Source: an uncultured Gammaproteobacteria bacterium
GTDB lineage: Bacteria; Pseudomonadota; Gammaproteobacteria; JAADHQ01
Length of the DNA stretch: 64,000 nt
NCBI GenBank assembly: GCA_947258755.1
Contig: CAMYJO010000002.1
Span: forward strand, 208,909-272,908
Reading direction: 5' to 3'
Shown: positions 20,697 to 31,829 of the stretch, piece by piece
How the letters are laid out: each line of letters begins with the position of its first letter
Numbering within the stretch: the first letter of the stretch is position 1
Notes under the pieces: generated by a model
Database searches by the model: none
Seen by the model: only the letters and a program-made list of their open reading frames with translations
What the model was told of the DNA's origin: nothing
Position numbers and translations under genes: made by a program

Positions 20697-21350
20697 CTAT
20701 AAGTCATTCAGTAGTAGCGGTTTTTCCATTACTTCACCATCCAGACAGGCTTGACCATTGATGAGTTGCAGCCTTTTTTCGGCAAACCATTGTATGGCCT
20801 GGCGGTATAAACGGTGTTCCTGCTGCAGTAATCTGTTTGCCAGACCCTCGGCATCGTCATTTTCCAGTACCGGTACCTGTACCTGTATGACCACAGGACC
20901 GCCATCCAGTTCAGTAGTGACAAAATGAATACTGGCGCCATGCACATCATCACCATTATCGAGGACACGCTGGTGTGTGTTCAGGCCAGTGTATTTTGGT
21001 AAAAGTGATGGGTGTATATTGAGCATACGCCCCAGATAATGCTGTACAAATTCCTCGCCCAGAATGCGCATAAAACCGGCCAGAACAAGCAGCTGCGGCT
21101 GATATTGGTCAATGCTTTGTCGCAGTGCCTGTTCGAAGGCTTCGCGGCTGGCGAAGGCGCTATGGTCAATGGTCTCGGTCGGGATACCTGCTGCACGCGC
21201 ATGTTCAAGGCCGGCGGCACCGGGACGGTTGCTGATAACGGCCTTGATATCGATAGCTAGCTCATCCTGCTGCATGCCCTCGATGATGGATTGCAGATTG
21301 CTGCCGCGGCCTGAGATCAGCACAACCACCGGGGTTCTGGGTTTACTCAT
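20697..21350 (-). CDS. purN: phosphoribosylglycinamide formyltransferase
   Basis: 217 aa with PurN motifs (VVLISGRGSNLQ, NIHPSLLP). Confidence 0.9.
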   Translation of the reverse strand: MSKPRTPVVVLISGRGSNLQSIIEGMQQDELAIDIKAVISNRPGAAGLEHARAAGIPTETIDHSAFASREAFEQALRQSIDQYQPQLLVLAGFMRILGEEFVQHYLGRMLNIHPSLLPKYTGLNTHQRVLDNGDDVHGASIHFVTTELDGGPVVIQVQVPVLENDDAEGLANRLLQQEHRLYRQAIQWFAEKRLQLINGQACLDGEVMEKPLLLNDL

Positions 21351-21357
21351 AACAGTG

Positions 21358-22455
21358 TCAGCTGATCTGTACGCGCGGACCGTCGCCGCTATGCTGTTCT
21401 ATGCGGCCGATGACCTGTACCTGTTCGCCCTGATCTTGCAGGATAGCCAGTGTCTGGTCTACATCGGCAGGGTCTACACAAACAACCATGCCGATGCCGC
21501 AGTTAAAGGTCACGTACATATCTTCATCCTTGATATTGCCGTGTTGTTGCAGCCAGTCGAAGATAGGTGCTCGTGTCCAGCTATCGCTGTCGATCACGGC
21601 TGCCGTGCCTGCCGGCATCACCCGTGGCAGATTCTCGGTCAGGCCGCCGCCGGTAATATGGGCCAGGGCATGGACCTTGATCTGCTCGAATAGCTTCAGC
21701 AGCGGTTTGACATAGATGCGTGTGGGTTCAAGCAGGGCCTCACCGAGGCTACGCTTGTCGAATGCCTGGGTCAGGTCGGCGTCGGCCTGCTCCAGTACCT
21801 TTCTGATTAATGAATAACCGTTCGAATGCGGGCCCGATGATGCCAGTCCCAATATCACGTCGCCGGCCTTAACCTGAGAGCCGTCGATAATGTCTGCCTT
21901 TTCTACAATACCGACACAGAATCCAGCCAGGTCATAGTCGCCGTGCTCGTACATGCCGGGCATTTCAGCTGTTTCGCCCCCGGTTAGTGCTGCGCCGGCA
22001 AGCTCGCAGCCCTTGCCGATGCCGCGCATCACGTCCGCCGCTTCCTCGACATTCAGTGCGCCGGTAGCATAGTAATCGAGAAAATATAATGGTTCAGCAC
22101 CGCCCACGATCAGGTCATTGACGCACATCGCGACCAGGTCAATGCCGATGGTGTCGTGTTTATTCATTAACATGGCCAGCTTCAGTTTGGTGCCTACGCC
22201 ATCGGTGCCTGACACCAGGACCGGTTGCTGGTAACGATCCATCGGTAGCTCAAACAAAGCGCCGAAACCACCCAGTCCCGTCAACACCCCAGGCCTGAAT
22301 GTTTGTTTGGCTATGGGCTTGATACGTTCGACCAGCTCATTTCCGGCGTCGATATCTACACCGGCATCACGGTAATTGAGTGATTTTCCGGTCTGTTGTG
22401 ATTCGCTGTTGTTGGAATCATGGGTCACAATGCTGGTCTCCTGTAAAATGGCCAT
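21358..22455 (-). CDS. purM: phosphoribosylformylglycinamidine cyclo-ligase (AIR synthetase)
   Basis: [16 protein letters not shown]-terminus and full PurM length, immediately upstream of purN. Confidence 0.9.
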   Translation of the reverse strand: MAILQETSIVTHDSNNSESQQTGKSLNYRDAGVDIDAGNELVERIKPIAKQTFRPGVLTGLGGFGALFELPMDRYQQPVLVSGTDGVGTKLKLAMLMNKHDTIGIDLVAMCVNDLIVGGAEPLYFLDYYATGALNVEEAADVMRGIGKGCELAGAALTGGETAEMPGMYEHGDYDLAGFCVGIVEKADIIDGSQVKAGDVILGLASSGPHSNGYSLIRKVLEQADADLTQAFDKRSLGEALLEPTRIYVKPLLKLFEQIKVHALAHITGGGLTENLPRVMPAGTAAVIDSDSWTRAPIFDWLQQHGNIKDEDMYVTFNCGIGMVVCVDPADVDQTLAILQDQGEQVQVIGRIEQHSGDGPRVQIS

Positions 22456-22530
22456 TAACCCGATAGCGCATGTGGTGTAACATGGCTGTCAGGACAAAAA
22501 CTATGTTATTTTACACTGTCATGGCACATT

Positions 22531-23679
22531 ATGGGTAATATTGCTGAATTTATGACTGAAATAGACAAAACAAGAATGCACACAGTGCTCATGGCCCTGA
22601 TGTTGTGGCTGTCGCCAGGCCTGCTCAGTGCCTCGGTCCAGGTCAAGAAATTGTATGATTTTGAGGTCTCTGTACGCGATCAGGGCGCGGCTGAACGCCA
22701 ACGGGCCATGCAGCTGGGGCTGACTACCGTGGTCAGGCGCCTGTCCGGGTCTAAAGGCATGCAGCAGCTGAGCGATACAAAATCGGTACTTAAACGTGCG
22801 CCGAAATATGTTGAGCAATACCGCTATCGCAAGTCCACCAGCAGCAAAGCCGGTCTGAAATTATGGATGCGTTTTAATTCCAGGGCGCTGCAGACATTAT
22901 TAAGCAACCAGCAACTACCCGTCTGGGGCAGTAGCCGACCACAAACTTTGCTATGGCTTGCGATCGAGAACAATCGAGGCCGTTCCATTCTCAGTAATAA
23001 GAAGAGCAGTAGCTTCTACCGCAGTGTCATGTCTCATGCACATCGTCGGGGCTTGCCGCTAAGCCTGCCAAAAATGGATCGCGAAGATCGTGGCAAGGTG
23101 CGTATGGGTGATATCTGGGGAGGGTTTTCGACCTCAGTGAAGGTCGCCTCGGCGCGCTATAAGTACGATAACTTATTGATGGGTAAGATTTATAAGACCT
23201 CAGGTGGTTGGCGTTCTGAATGGACCCTGGTCAGGGGGGCGGCAGAAAAACGCTGGTCCGGCAGTGGTACTTATGCAGGGCAGGCCATTGCTGCAGGCAT
23301 AGACGGGCTGGCGGATCTGCTGGTGTCCAGTTACAGCGTCAGGGGTGATGGTACGCAGACCAGCTATCGAATCGCGATCAATCAGGTAAATTCTTTACAG
23401 GATTATGACCGCTGCAATCGCTACCTCAGCGGAATATCGTTGATCTCGGCATTCAACTTATTGAGTATTTCCCAAGATCGCCTGGTATATCAGATCAATC
23501 TACGCGGTAATGTGGATAGACTGGAGCGGGCCTTGAAATTGGAAAGGGGGTTGCAGGAGGATAATAGCAGCCGGCCCCAGGATGCTGTCGGCAGTGCAAT
23601 GACGAGCGTGCGCAGTCTGGGTACAACACTTAATCAGGCGCAGATGCCGATAACCTTCTATTACAGGTTGCGGCAGTGA
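22531..23679 (+). CDS. DUF2066-family secreted protein
   Basis: Signal peptide MHTVLMALMLWLSPGLLSA; the true start may be ATG 22576. Conserved neighbour of purM in Pseudomonas-like genomes. Confidence 0.6.
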   Translation: MGNIAEFMTEIDKTRMHTVLMALMLWLSPGLLSASVQVKKLYDFEVSVRDQGAAERQRAMQLGLTTVVRRLSGSKGMQQLSDTKSVLKRAPKYVEQYRYRKSTSSKAGLKLWMRFNSRALQTLLSNQQLPVWGSSRPQTLLWLAIENNRGRSILSNKKSSSFYRSVMSHAHRRGLPLSLPKMDREDRGKVRMGDIWGGFSTSVKVASARYKYDNLLMGKIYKTSGGWRSEWTLVRGAAEKRWSGSGTYAGQAIAAGIDGLADLLVSSYSVRGDGTQTSYRIAINQVNSLQDYDRCNRYLSGISLISAFNLLSISQDRLVYQINLRGNVDRLERALKLERGLQEDNSSRPQDAVGSAMTSVRSLGTTLNQAQMPITFYYRLRQ

Positions 23680-24227
23680 AGAAAAGTGACATTCCCAATG
23701 TCATTAGCCTGTTACGGCTGTTGTTGATTATCCCGATCCTGTGGTTTCTGTTGCGCGAGCGCTATGAACTGGCACTAATACTATTTGTCATTGCAGGATT
23801 ATCGGATGCTCTGGATGGTTACCTGGCGCGAAAATATCATTGGGGCAGTCATATTGGTGGTTGGCTGGATCCATTAGCCGACAAGGCCATGCAGGTGTCG
23901 GTGTATATCGGTTTGACCTGGTTGCAATTGATACCGGTGTGGCTATTACTGACTGTTATTCTCAGGGACCTGATCATCGTCGCTGGCGGTGTTTATTATT
24001 ACTATGCTGTCGAAAAGGTGAATGCGGCACCTTCGTTTATCAGTAAATTAAATACCTTGATGCAGATTCTGCTGGTTATTATTTTTCTGTTACATAAAAG
24101 TCTGATACCGATGCCTGAGATTATTCTGGACATCACTATCTATTCTGTATTGGCGACAACTGTATTAAGTGGTTTAGATTACGTTTTTACCTGGGGCAGA
24201 AAGGCATGGAAAGTAAAGCGTGGATAG
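23676..24227 (+). CDS. CDP-alcohol phosphatidyltransferase family protein
   Basis: D-G-x2-A-R-x8-G-x3-D-x3-D signature present (DALDGYLARKYHWGSHIGGWLDPLADK). 183 aa membrane protein. Confidence 0.8.
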   Translation: MKKSDIPNVISLLRLLLIIPILWFLLRERYELALILFVIAGLSDALDGYLARKYHWGSHIGGWLDPLADKAMQVSVYIGLTWLQLIPVWLLLTVILRDLIIVAGGVYYYYAVEKVNAAPSFISKLNTLMQILLVIIFLLHKSLIPMPEIILDITIYSVLATTVLSGLDYVFTWGRKAWKVKRG

Positions 24228-25293
24228 TGGCATGACAGATTCTCAAAAATGGTTATGGTTTGCAGGGATCATGGCGACGGGATGGTTGATCTACCTGCTT
24301 GCGCCGATATTATTTCCATTTCTGTTGGCCGCTTTGCTTGCTTACCTGGGTGACCCGTTGGCAGATAAGTTGCAATCCCTGCGCATGTCGCGTACCTGGG
24401 CTGTCATTGTTGTCTTCAGCGGCTTTCTGCTTGTGCTAATCCTGGCACTGTTGCTACTGGTGCCGCAGATTGAAAAGCAGATTGTGTATCTGTTGAGTAA
24501 ATTGCCTGATTATATCGATGCTATTCAACACAGGTTGATTCCGTGGCTGGCGGCCCAATTCGGGATCACTGAATTCCAGGTTGATATGAACACGCTCAAG
24601 CAGTGGTTGGCTGAGAACTGGAAGCAGGCCGGTGGCTTTGCCAAAGTCGTGCTGGGTTCACTGTCCAATTCCGGTCTGGCTCTGGTGGGGTTCATCGGTT
24701 CACTGGTGCTGACCCCGGTTGTGGCCTTCTATCTGTTGCGCGACTGGGATCATTTAATACAAAGGATCAGGGAGCTAGTGCCCCGGCGTATGGAACCGGA
24801 TGTCAGTAAGCTTGCGCATGAATCTGATCTGGTGCTTGGCGCCTTCATTCGCGGGCAGCTACTGGTGATGCTGGCTTTGGGCATTGTCTACAGTATCGGG
24901 CTGTGGCTGGCAGGATTGAAATTGGCATTATTGATCGGTCTGTTGGCGGGGCTGGTCAGTTTTGTTCCTTATCTGGGTTTTATTGTCGGTGTCCTTGCTG
25001 CTGGAGTCGCCATGGTCTTGCAGACGAATGAACTAACCGGGCTGCTTTATGTGTTTGCTGTATTCGGTGTTGGCCAGCTACTCGAGAGTGTTATCTTGAC
25101 GCCGATGCTGGTTGGCGATCGTATCGGCCTGCATCCCGTAGCGGTTATTTTTGCGGTCATGGCGGGTGGCCAGCTATTTGGATTCATGGGCGTGTTGTTG
25201 GCGTTGCCGGTGGCCGCGGTGCTAGCGGTGGTGCTCAGGCACATACATGAAGGTTATGTCAAAAGCCCGCTTTATGATAATCGTGCCGCCTGA
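24220..25293 (+). CDS. AI-2E family transporter (PerM/UPF0118)
   Basis: 357 aa polytopic membrane protein of the AI-2E/PerM family; overlaps the preceding gene by 8 nt. Confidence 0.75.
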   Translation: MDSGMTDSQKWLWFAGIMATGWLIYLLAPILFPFLLAALLAYLGDPLADKLQSLRMSRTWAVIVVFSGFLLVLILALLLLVPQIEKQIVYLLSKLPDYIDAIQHRLIPWLAAQFGITEFQVDMNTLKQWLAENWKQAGGFAKVVLGSLSNSGLALVGFIGSLVLTPVVAFYLLRDWDHLIQRIRELVPRRMEPDVSKLAHESDLVLGAFIRGQLLVMLALGIVYSIGLWLAGLKLALLIGLLAGLVSFVPYLGFIVGVLAAGVAMVLQTNELTGLLYVFAVFGVGQLLESVILTPMLVGDRIGLHPVAVIFAVMAGGQLFGFMGVLLALPVAAVLAVVLRHIHEGYVKSPLYDNRAA

Positions 25294-25327
25294 ATTTTTG
25301 CCGACTGCTTAACGCGAATACAATACC

Positions 25328-26026
25328 ATGCAATTACCCTTGGCTATACAGATCAGTGAAGCGGCGAGCCTGGAAAATTTTCTTTGTCCGAGTGATGACT
25401 TTCTGATCGCCAGTCTACGTCAGCTTGCCGTCGAGGACAGTCGCGCGGTCACTTATCTCTGGGGCGCAAGCGGTAGTGGCAAGACGCATTTGTTACAAGC
25501 GGTCTGTCGCCAGGCCGGCCTATCAAATCAACTTAGCGCTTATCTGCCGTTGGCGGAGCTAAGTACGTATCCACCGACAATGCTGGAGGGCATGGAAAGC
25601 GCCGCGGTGATTTGTGTCGATGACGTACAGATGTTGCACGCTAAGCCCGAGTGGCAACAGGCTTTATTTAATTTATTCAACCGCGTTTATGAACAGGGTG
25701 GAAGAATGCTGTTTGCAGCGACGGCAAGTCCGACTGAATTGGATCTGAGCTTGGCGGACCTGGTGTCACGCCTGCAATCCGGGCCGGTTTTTCAGGTGTC
25801 GGTACTAAGCGATGAGCTCAAGCTGGAGGCGCTGCAGTTGCGCGCCCGACAACGCGGACTGGTACTCGAACAAGAGCCGGCTAAATACCTACTAAATCGC
25901 TTTCCGCGTGACCTTAATGCCTTGTTTGAGGTGTTGGATAAACTCGATCAGGCGTCATTGATTAAGCAGCGACGTATTACTATACCGTTTATTCGCGAGG
26001 TTTTTGCTGGCCGAATGCCTACCTGA
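25328..26026 (+). CDS. hda: DnaA-inactivating protein Hda
   Basis: DnaA-like AAA+ core (LWGASGSGKTHLLQAVC). 232 aa. Downstream of the AI-2E transporter as in E. coli/Pseudomonas. Confidence 0.85.
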   Translation: MQLPLAIQISEAASLENFLCPSDDFLIASLRQLAVEDSRAVTYLWGASGSGKTHLLQAVCRQAGLSNQLSAYLPLAELSTYPPTMLEGMESAAVICVDDVQMLHAKPEWQQALFNLFNRVYEQGGRMLFAATASPTELDLSLADLVSRLQSGPVFQVSVLSDELKLEALQLRARQRGLVLEQEPAKYLLNRFPRDLNALFEVLDKLDQASLIKQRRITIPFIREVFAGRMPT

Positions 26027-26097
26027 TCCTACGCTGTAATCTATAGCAGCGGTAAACAATCTGTTGGTAACAGCTTTAATCCTTAGAGCCTAAGCAC

Positions 26098-27436
<1,339 letters not shown>

Positions 27437-27829
27437 GGCGGTGGTGGGCCTCTTACCGAAAAATGCAGGATCAGGAGTGTATCGTTTGCCAGAATCGGCT
27501 GTCAAAAGCCATTTTATTTGTACTATCCTTAAATGAGCAGATGAACTTACTAAAGTAAGTCTATACTGTACCGATATGCTGAGTGTTATATCAGGATTAG
27601 ATTAATTCGCTAATTATGTGATTTTTTTAGTGAATTTACTTGACACCTCAATAAGTAGGGTGTTTACTAGCAAATATGTAAAGCACTGTAACTGATTCTA
27701 ATCAAAGGATATATTAATAAAAAGCTAAAGCGTTTGATATATCCAATTTAACATAGTGTCAGTTGTAATAATTTTAGCCGTCATTGGATTTTATTAATTA
27801 AGTATTGATGTTATTGGAGTGGATGAGCA

Positions 27830-28459
27830 ATGAAAATAGAGAGTAAAATTAAACACTTAGCTGTCGCCCTATTGACCGTGAGTATGGCCGTCGGTTGTGC
27901 CAGCCAACAAAAACAAGATACTGCTCCGGCTGCTGATACTGGTCCCAGCGCATCATCTGCTGCCATCGCCAACGCCAAAGCGGCCATCAAAAAGGCCACC
28001 TCGTTGGGTTACGTGTGGCGCGATACAGGCAAGATTCTGAAAAAGGCCGAAGCGGCTGCGAAAAAAGGCGATGAGTCCGCTGCGGTTAAACTGGCCAACG
28101 AAGCGCGTACGCAAGCCGAACTGGCCGTCAAGCAGTATTATCTCGAACAAGGTATGGATCGTAGTCTGCCAAGCGCAGACACATCAACTAGCTCATACAA
28201 CGTTGTCAGAGGTGACAGTCTTTGGGGTATCGCCGGAAAGGACAGTATTTACGGCAATCCATACCAGTGGCCACTGATCTACAAATCCAATAGCGACAAG
28301 ATCAAGGACGCCGATCTGATTTATCCTGGTCAGGAATTTGATATCAATAACAGCCCCAGTGATGCGGAAGTTGGTGCTGCAGTCAGTCATGCGAAAACAC
28401 GAGGTGCGTGGAGCATCGGAGCCGTGGAAGCAACTGACAAGGCCTATTTAGGAAACTAA
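27830..28459 (+). CDS. LysM-domain lipoprotein
   Basis: Lipoprotein signal ...LTVSMAVGC, Ala/Lys-rich linker, and a C-terminal LysM domain (YNVVRGDSLWGIAG...). Preceded by a ~320-bp AT-rich intergenic region. Confidence 0.8.
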   Translation: MKIESKIKHLAVALLTVSMAVGCASQQKQDTAPAADTGPSASSAAIANAKAAIKKATSLGYVWRDTGKILKKAEAAAKKGDESAAVKLANEARTQAELAVKQYYLEQGMDRSLPSADTSTSSYNVVRGDSLWGIAGKDSIYGNPYQWPLIYKSNSDKIKDADLIYPGQEFDINNSPSDAEVGAAVSHAKTRGAWSIGAVEATDKAYLGN

Positions 28460-28482
28460 TTAGTGCTTGATTCACATAAAAA

Positions 28483-28529
28483 GGGGCTCCTTGTAGGATC
28501 TCCTTTTTTAGTAGATAGCCCCTTTTTTT
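28483..28529 (+). terminator. putative rho-independent terminator
   Basis: GGGGCT...AGCCCC stem enclosing a smaller hairpin, followed by T7 (28523-28529), about 24 nt after the LysM gene stop. Confidence 0.5.
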
Positions 28530-28627
28530 CAGATCAGTTATTGATCCCTATGGGTTGGTAATTGACGTTACTCATACATTTTTTAATGTATGAGAGACAT
28601 GGATCTGCTGTTATGCATAGGTAGGAA

Positions 28628-28999
28628 ATGCCAGTAGAATCTTCACTCTCCTCTGATGGAAGTGTATTGAATTTAGTATTAAGCGGTGTATTTGATATTA
28701 ATCGATCACTTCAGCTGCAGGATATAATCAGTTCGTTTCCGGATACTGTCAGAGTTATTCGTATCGATCTGCAGGCTGTCACCAGCATGGATGCGACTAT
28801 TTTTTCGACATTGATATTGCTTCACTTTGAAAAAGACAGAAGATCGAGCATTGAATTAATTAATTGCGATAAGCCCCTGGCTCGACGTCTTTCACTGGCC
28901 GGGCTGAATCGATTGATCACCATCAGGATGTCTGCAACTGATACAGAATCCGGCTCACAGTTAGCCGCTGACGGCGACATAGCTAAAGATCATCAATGA
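28628..28999 (+). CDS. STAS-domain protein (anti-sigma-factor-antagonist-like)
   Basis: 123 aa with an SpoIIAA/STAS-like pattern (LNLVLSGVFDINRSLQLQD..., LQAVTSMDATIFSTLIL). Confidence 0.6.
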   Translation: MPVESSLSSDGSVLNLVLSGVFDINRSLQLQDIISSFPDTVRVIRIDLQAVTSMDATIFSTLILLHFEKDRRSSIELINCDKPLARRLSLAGLNRLITIRMSATDTESGSQLAADGDIAKDHQ

Positions 29000-29417
29000 G
29001 ATAAGCGATCGGCTCACCTGCATCTTCCTCACTAATGGCAAAGTGCTTAATGGAAATGCCGGCCATTTCAACCGATGATTGCTCACCACTGACTAATGGA
29101 TGCCATTCCGGTAGGTCTTTACCATCGGCAAGCCTGCGATAAGCGCAGGATTCAGGTAACCATTTCAGGCTGTTATACAAATCATGTTGCAAGGAAATAC
29201 AATCGGGAACGAAGGTAAAACGTTCGGGATAATTCTTGCAGCGACAGTTCTCCAGATCGAGTAATTTACAGGCGATACGCGTGTAGTGCAGTTTACCGGT
29301 GTCAGTATCTTCGAGTTTATGCAGGCAGCAACGCCCACATCCATCACAGACCGATTCCCATTCCTGTGAACTGAATTCATGCAGTTTTTTGTGTTTCCAG
29401 AAAGGCGCTTGAGTCAC
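28983..29417 (-). CDS. ycgN: YcgN-family cysteine-cluster protein (UPF0260)
   Basis: WESVCDGCGRCCLHK and CRCKNY motifs. Co-linear with E. coli YcgN if translation starts at GTG 29417 (VTQAPFWKHKK...), 5 nt after the fumA stop. Tail overlaps the convergent STAS gene by 17 nt. Confidence 0.7.
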   Translation of the reverse strand: MTQAPFWKHKKLHEFSSQEWESVCDGCGRCCLHKLEDTDTGKLHYTRIACKLLDLENCRCKNYPERFTFVPDCISLQHDLYNSLKWLPESCAYRRLADGKDLPEWHPLVSGEQSSVEMAGISIKHFAISEEDAGEPIAYLIDDL

Positions 29418-29421
29418 GTTG

Positions 29422-30948
29422 TTATTTCTGCGGTAGCGGGACTTCAATTTTGCCGATACGTTGCCGCCATTCGAGTGGTGCGCTTTGGTGAACGGAATGT
29501 CCGTCACTGTCGACTGCCACCGTGACCGGCATGTCACGTACTTCAAATTCATACACGGCCTCCATGCCGAGTTCGGCAAAGGCCACAACCCTGGATGAGC
29601 GAATGGCCTTGGCGACCAGGTAGGCGGCGCCACCTGTGGCGATCAGGTAGATTGAACGGTATTTTTTAATCGCTGCTATTGCCTCGGGTCCTCTCTCAGC
29701 TTTGCCGATCATACCGAGCAAGCCGGTTTTCGACAGCATTATATCGGTAAACTTATCCATGCGTGTCGCCGTGGTTGGACCAGCCGGCCCGACCACTTCG
29801 TCGCCGACCGGGTCAACAGGACCGACATAGTAGATAAATCGATTGTGGAAATCGAGTCCCTCAGGCAGAGGCTCGCCCTGTTCAAGCAATGTGGCTATTT
29901 TTTTATGTGCAGCATCTCGACCGGTGAGTAAATGCCCGCTCAGTAACAGGGTCTCGCCCGGTTTCCAATCGTGTATATCATCAGCGCTGATAGCATCGAT
30001 GTTCACTTTACGTGCATGGCTGGGATCCCATTCAATCTTTGGCCAGCGATCGAGATCAGGTGGCTCCAGCCTGGCTGGTCCACTGCCGTCAAGGAAGAAA
30101 TGTGCATGGCGGGTAGCGGCACAGTTCGGGATCATCGCCACTGGCATCGAGGCCGCATGCGTAGGGTAGTCCAGGATCTTGACGTCCAGTACCGTTACCA
30201 GCCCACCCAGGCCCTGCGCGCCGATGCCTAGTGCGTTGACCTTTTCATACAATTCCAGGCGCAATGCGTCGATGGTATTGGATGCTCCTTGCTTGATCAG
30301 TTGCTGAATATTGATCGGCTCCATCATCGCCTGTTTGGCCAACAACATGGCCTTTTCCGCAGTGCCGCCGATACCGATACTTAAAATCCCAGGAGGACAC
30401 CAGCCGGCACCGAGTTCAGACACTGTGTTCAGGACCCAGTCGACGATATTGTCGCTCGGATTCAGCACCGCAAATTTAGCCTTGTTTTCCGAGCCGCCGC
30501 CCTTAGCTGCGACCAGGACTTCCACTTTATTGCCCGGCACCAGGCGGGTGTGAATAACGGCCGGGGTATTGTCGCCGGTGTTTTTCCTGTTGCCGGCCGG
30601 ATCACTAACAATCGATGCACGCAAGACATTTTCCGGTAACAGGTAGGCGCGGCTGACGGCGCGATTAACCATATCCTCGACGCCGATGTCGGCATCCCAG
30701 CGGATATCCATGCCAATGTTGAGGAATATAGTGACAATGCCGGTATCCTGACAAATGGGTCGATGGCCGAGCGCACACATACGGGAATTGACCAGGATTT
30801 GCGCGATTGCATCCTTGGCCGCCGTCGATTCTTCCTGCTCATAGGCCGATTTCATCGCTTCGATAAAATCAACTGGATGGAAATAGGAGATGTATTGCAA
30901 GGCATCTGCAATACTGCTGATAAAGTCTTCCTGGCGGATAATGGTCAT
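29422..30948 (-). CDS. fumA: class I (Fe-S dependent) fumarate hydratase
   Basis: 508 aa of FumA/FumB type with joined N- and C-terminal catalytic domains (MTIIRQEDFISSIADALQYISYFHP...). Confidence 0.9.
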   Translation of the reverse strand: MTIIRQEDFISSIADALQYISYFHPVDFIEAMKSAYEQEESTAAKDAIAQILVNSRMCALGHRPICQDTGIVTIFLNIGMDIRWDADIGVEDMVNRAVSRAYLLPENVLRASIVSDPAGNRKNTGDNTPAVIHTRLVPGNKVEVLVAAKGGGSENKAKFAVLNPSDNIVDWVLNTVSELGAGWCPPGILSIGIGGTAEKAMLLAKQAMMEPINIQQLIKQGASNTIDALRLELYEKVNALGIGAQGLGGLVTVLDVKILDYPTHAASMPVAMIPNCAATRHAHFFLDGSGPARLEPPDLDRWPKIEWDPSHARKVNIDAISADDIHDWKPGETLLLSGHLLTGRDAAHKKIATLLEQGEPLPEGLDFHNRFIYYVGPVDPVGDEVVGPAGPTTATRMDKFTDIMLSKTGLLGMIGKAERGPEAIAAIKKYRSIYLIATGGAAYLVAKAIRSSRVVAFAELGMEAVYEFEVRDMPVTVAVDSDGHSVHQSAPLEWRQRIGKIEVPLPQK

Positions 30949-31140
30949 AGCTCTATTTTACCTGAACTTTTACAGGTTATATCAGTCTTATTTTAATATA
31001 TTATATGCGCTGAGATAATAAATTATATGCCCCTTGTGAATATATTATTTTCGCCAAGGCCTGTTATGCTAATTACCGTGCAGGATTCATCAGCAACGCA
31101 TGCCTGTAACATAACATAAGCCACAAAATGGAGTGTTGAT

Positions 31141-31692
31141 ATGGTTCGTTTGTATCACCTGATCACCGGCCTGATACTGGTGCTGATGTTGGGAAGTGCC
31201 TCTGCCGAGTTACCGCGAGACCCGGCCGAGTTCTTTTTCGAGCATACCCTGGGTGATTTGACCGCTGACCTGGAAGAAGCCAAAGCCAATAATAAGAAAG
31301 GCGTGTTACTGTTCTTCGAACAGGAGGAATGTCCTTTCTGTCATCGCATGAAAACGACCATCCTCAATCAAGTCAAGGTGCAGGATTATTTCCAACAACG
31401 CTTCCTGGTACTGAGTATAGATATCGAGAGTGATGAAGAGCTAAGGGATTTTGCCGGCAATGAGACGACGAAGAAAAAATTCTTTGCCAAGATTGCAAAA
31501 AATCGTGGGGCAACACCGGTGTTCGCCTTTTTTGATTTGCAAGGCAAGTTGGTGGTGCGCTATACCGGAGCCGCCTCGGGTGTAGACGAGTTTATCTGGT
31601 TGGGTGAATACGCCAGTCAAAAAGTCTATAAAAAGATGCCATTTTCCAAGTACAAGCGCGAGAAACGCCGCCAACACCGTCAGTCCAGTTAG
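31141..31692 (+). CDS. secreted thioredoxin-like protein (CPFC motif)
   Basis: Signal peptide, then a thioredoxin-fold region with EECPFCHRMK. 183 aa. Confidence 0.65.
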   Translation: MVRLYHLITGLILVLMLGSASAELPRDPAEFFFEHTLGDLTADLEEAKANNKKGVLLFFEQEECPFCHRMKTTILNQVKVQDYFQQRFLVLSIDIESDEELRDFAGNETTKKKFFAKIAKNRGATPVFAFFDLQGKLVVRYTGAASGVDEFIWLGEYASQKVYKKMPFSKYKREKRRQHRQSS

Positions 31693-31829
31693 GCTGTTTG
31701 CTCAGGTGATATCGCGATCAGGCACATGAATGTCTTTGAAGGCGCATAGCGACTGAGGTATGTTAATGACGGGAAGAATAGATTTCAGTTCATCGAATGC
31801 ATGTCTGAATTAATAAAAAGGTCGTCTGC

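Noticed and set aside
21112-21693. 193-aa plus-strand ORF
   Set aside because: Antisense to purN and purM.
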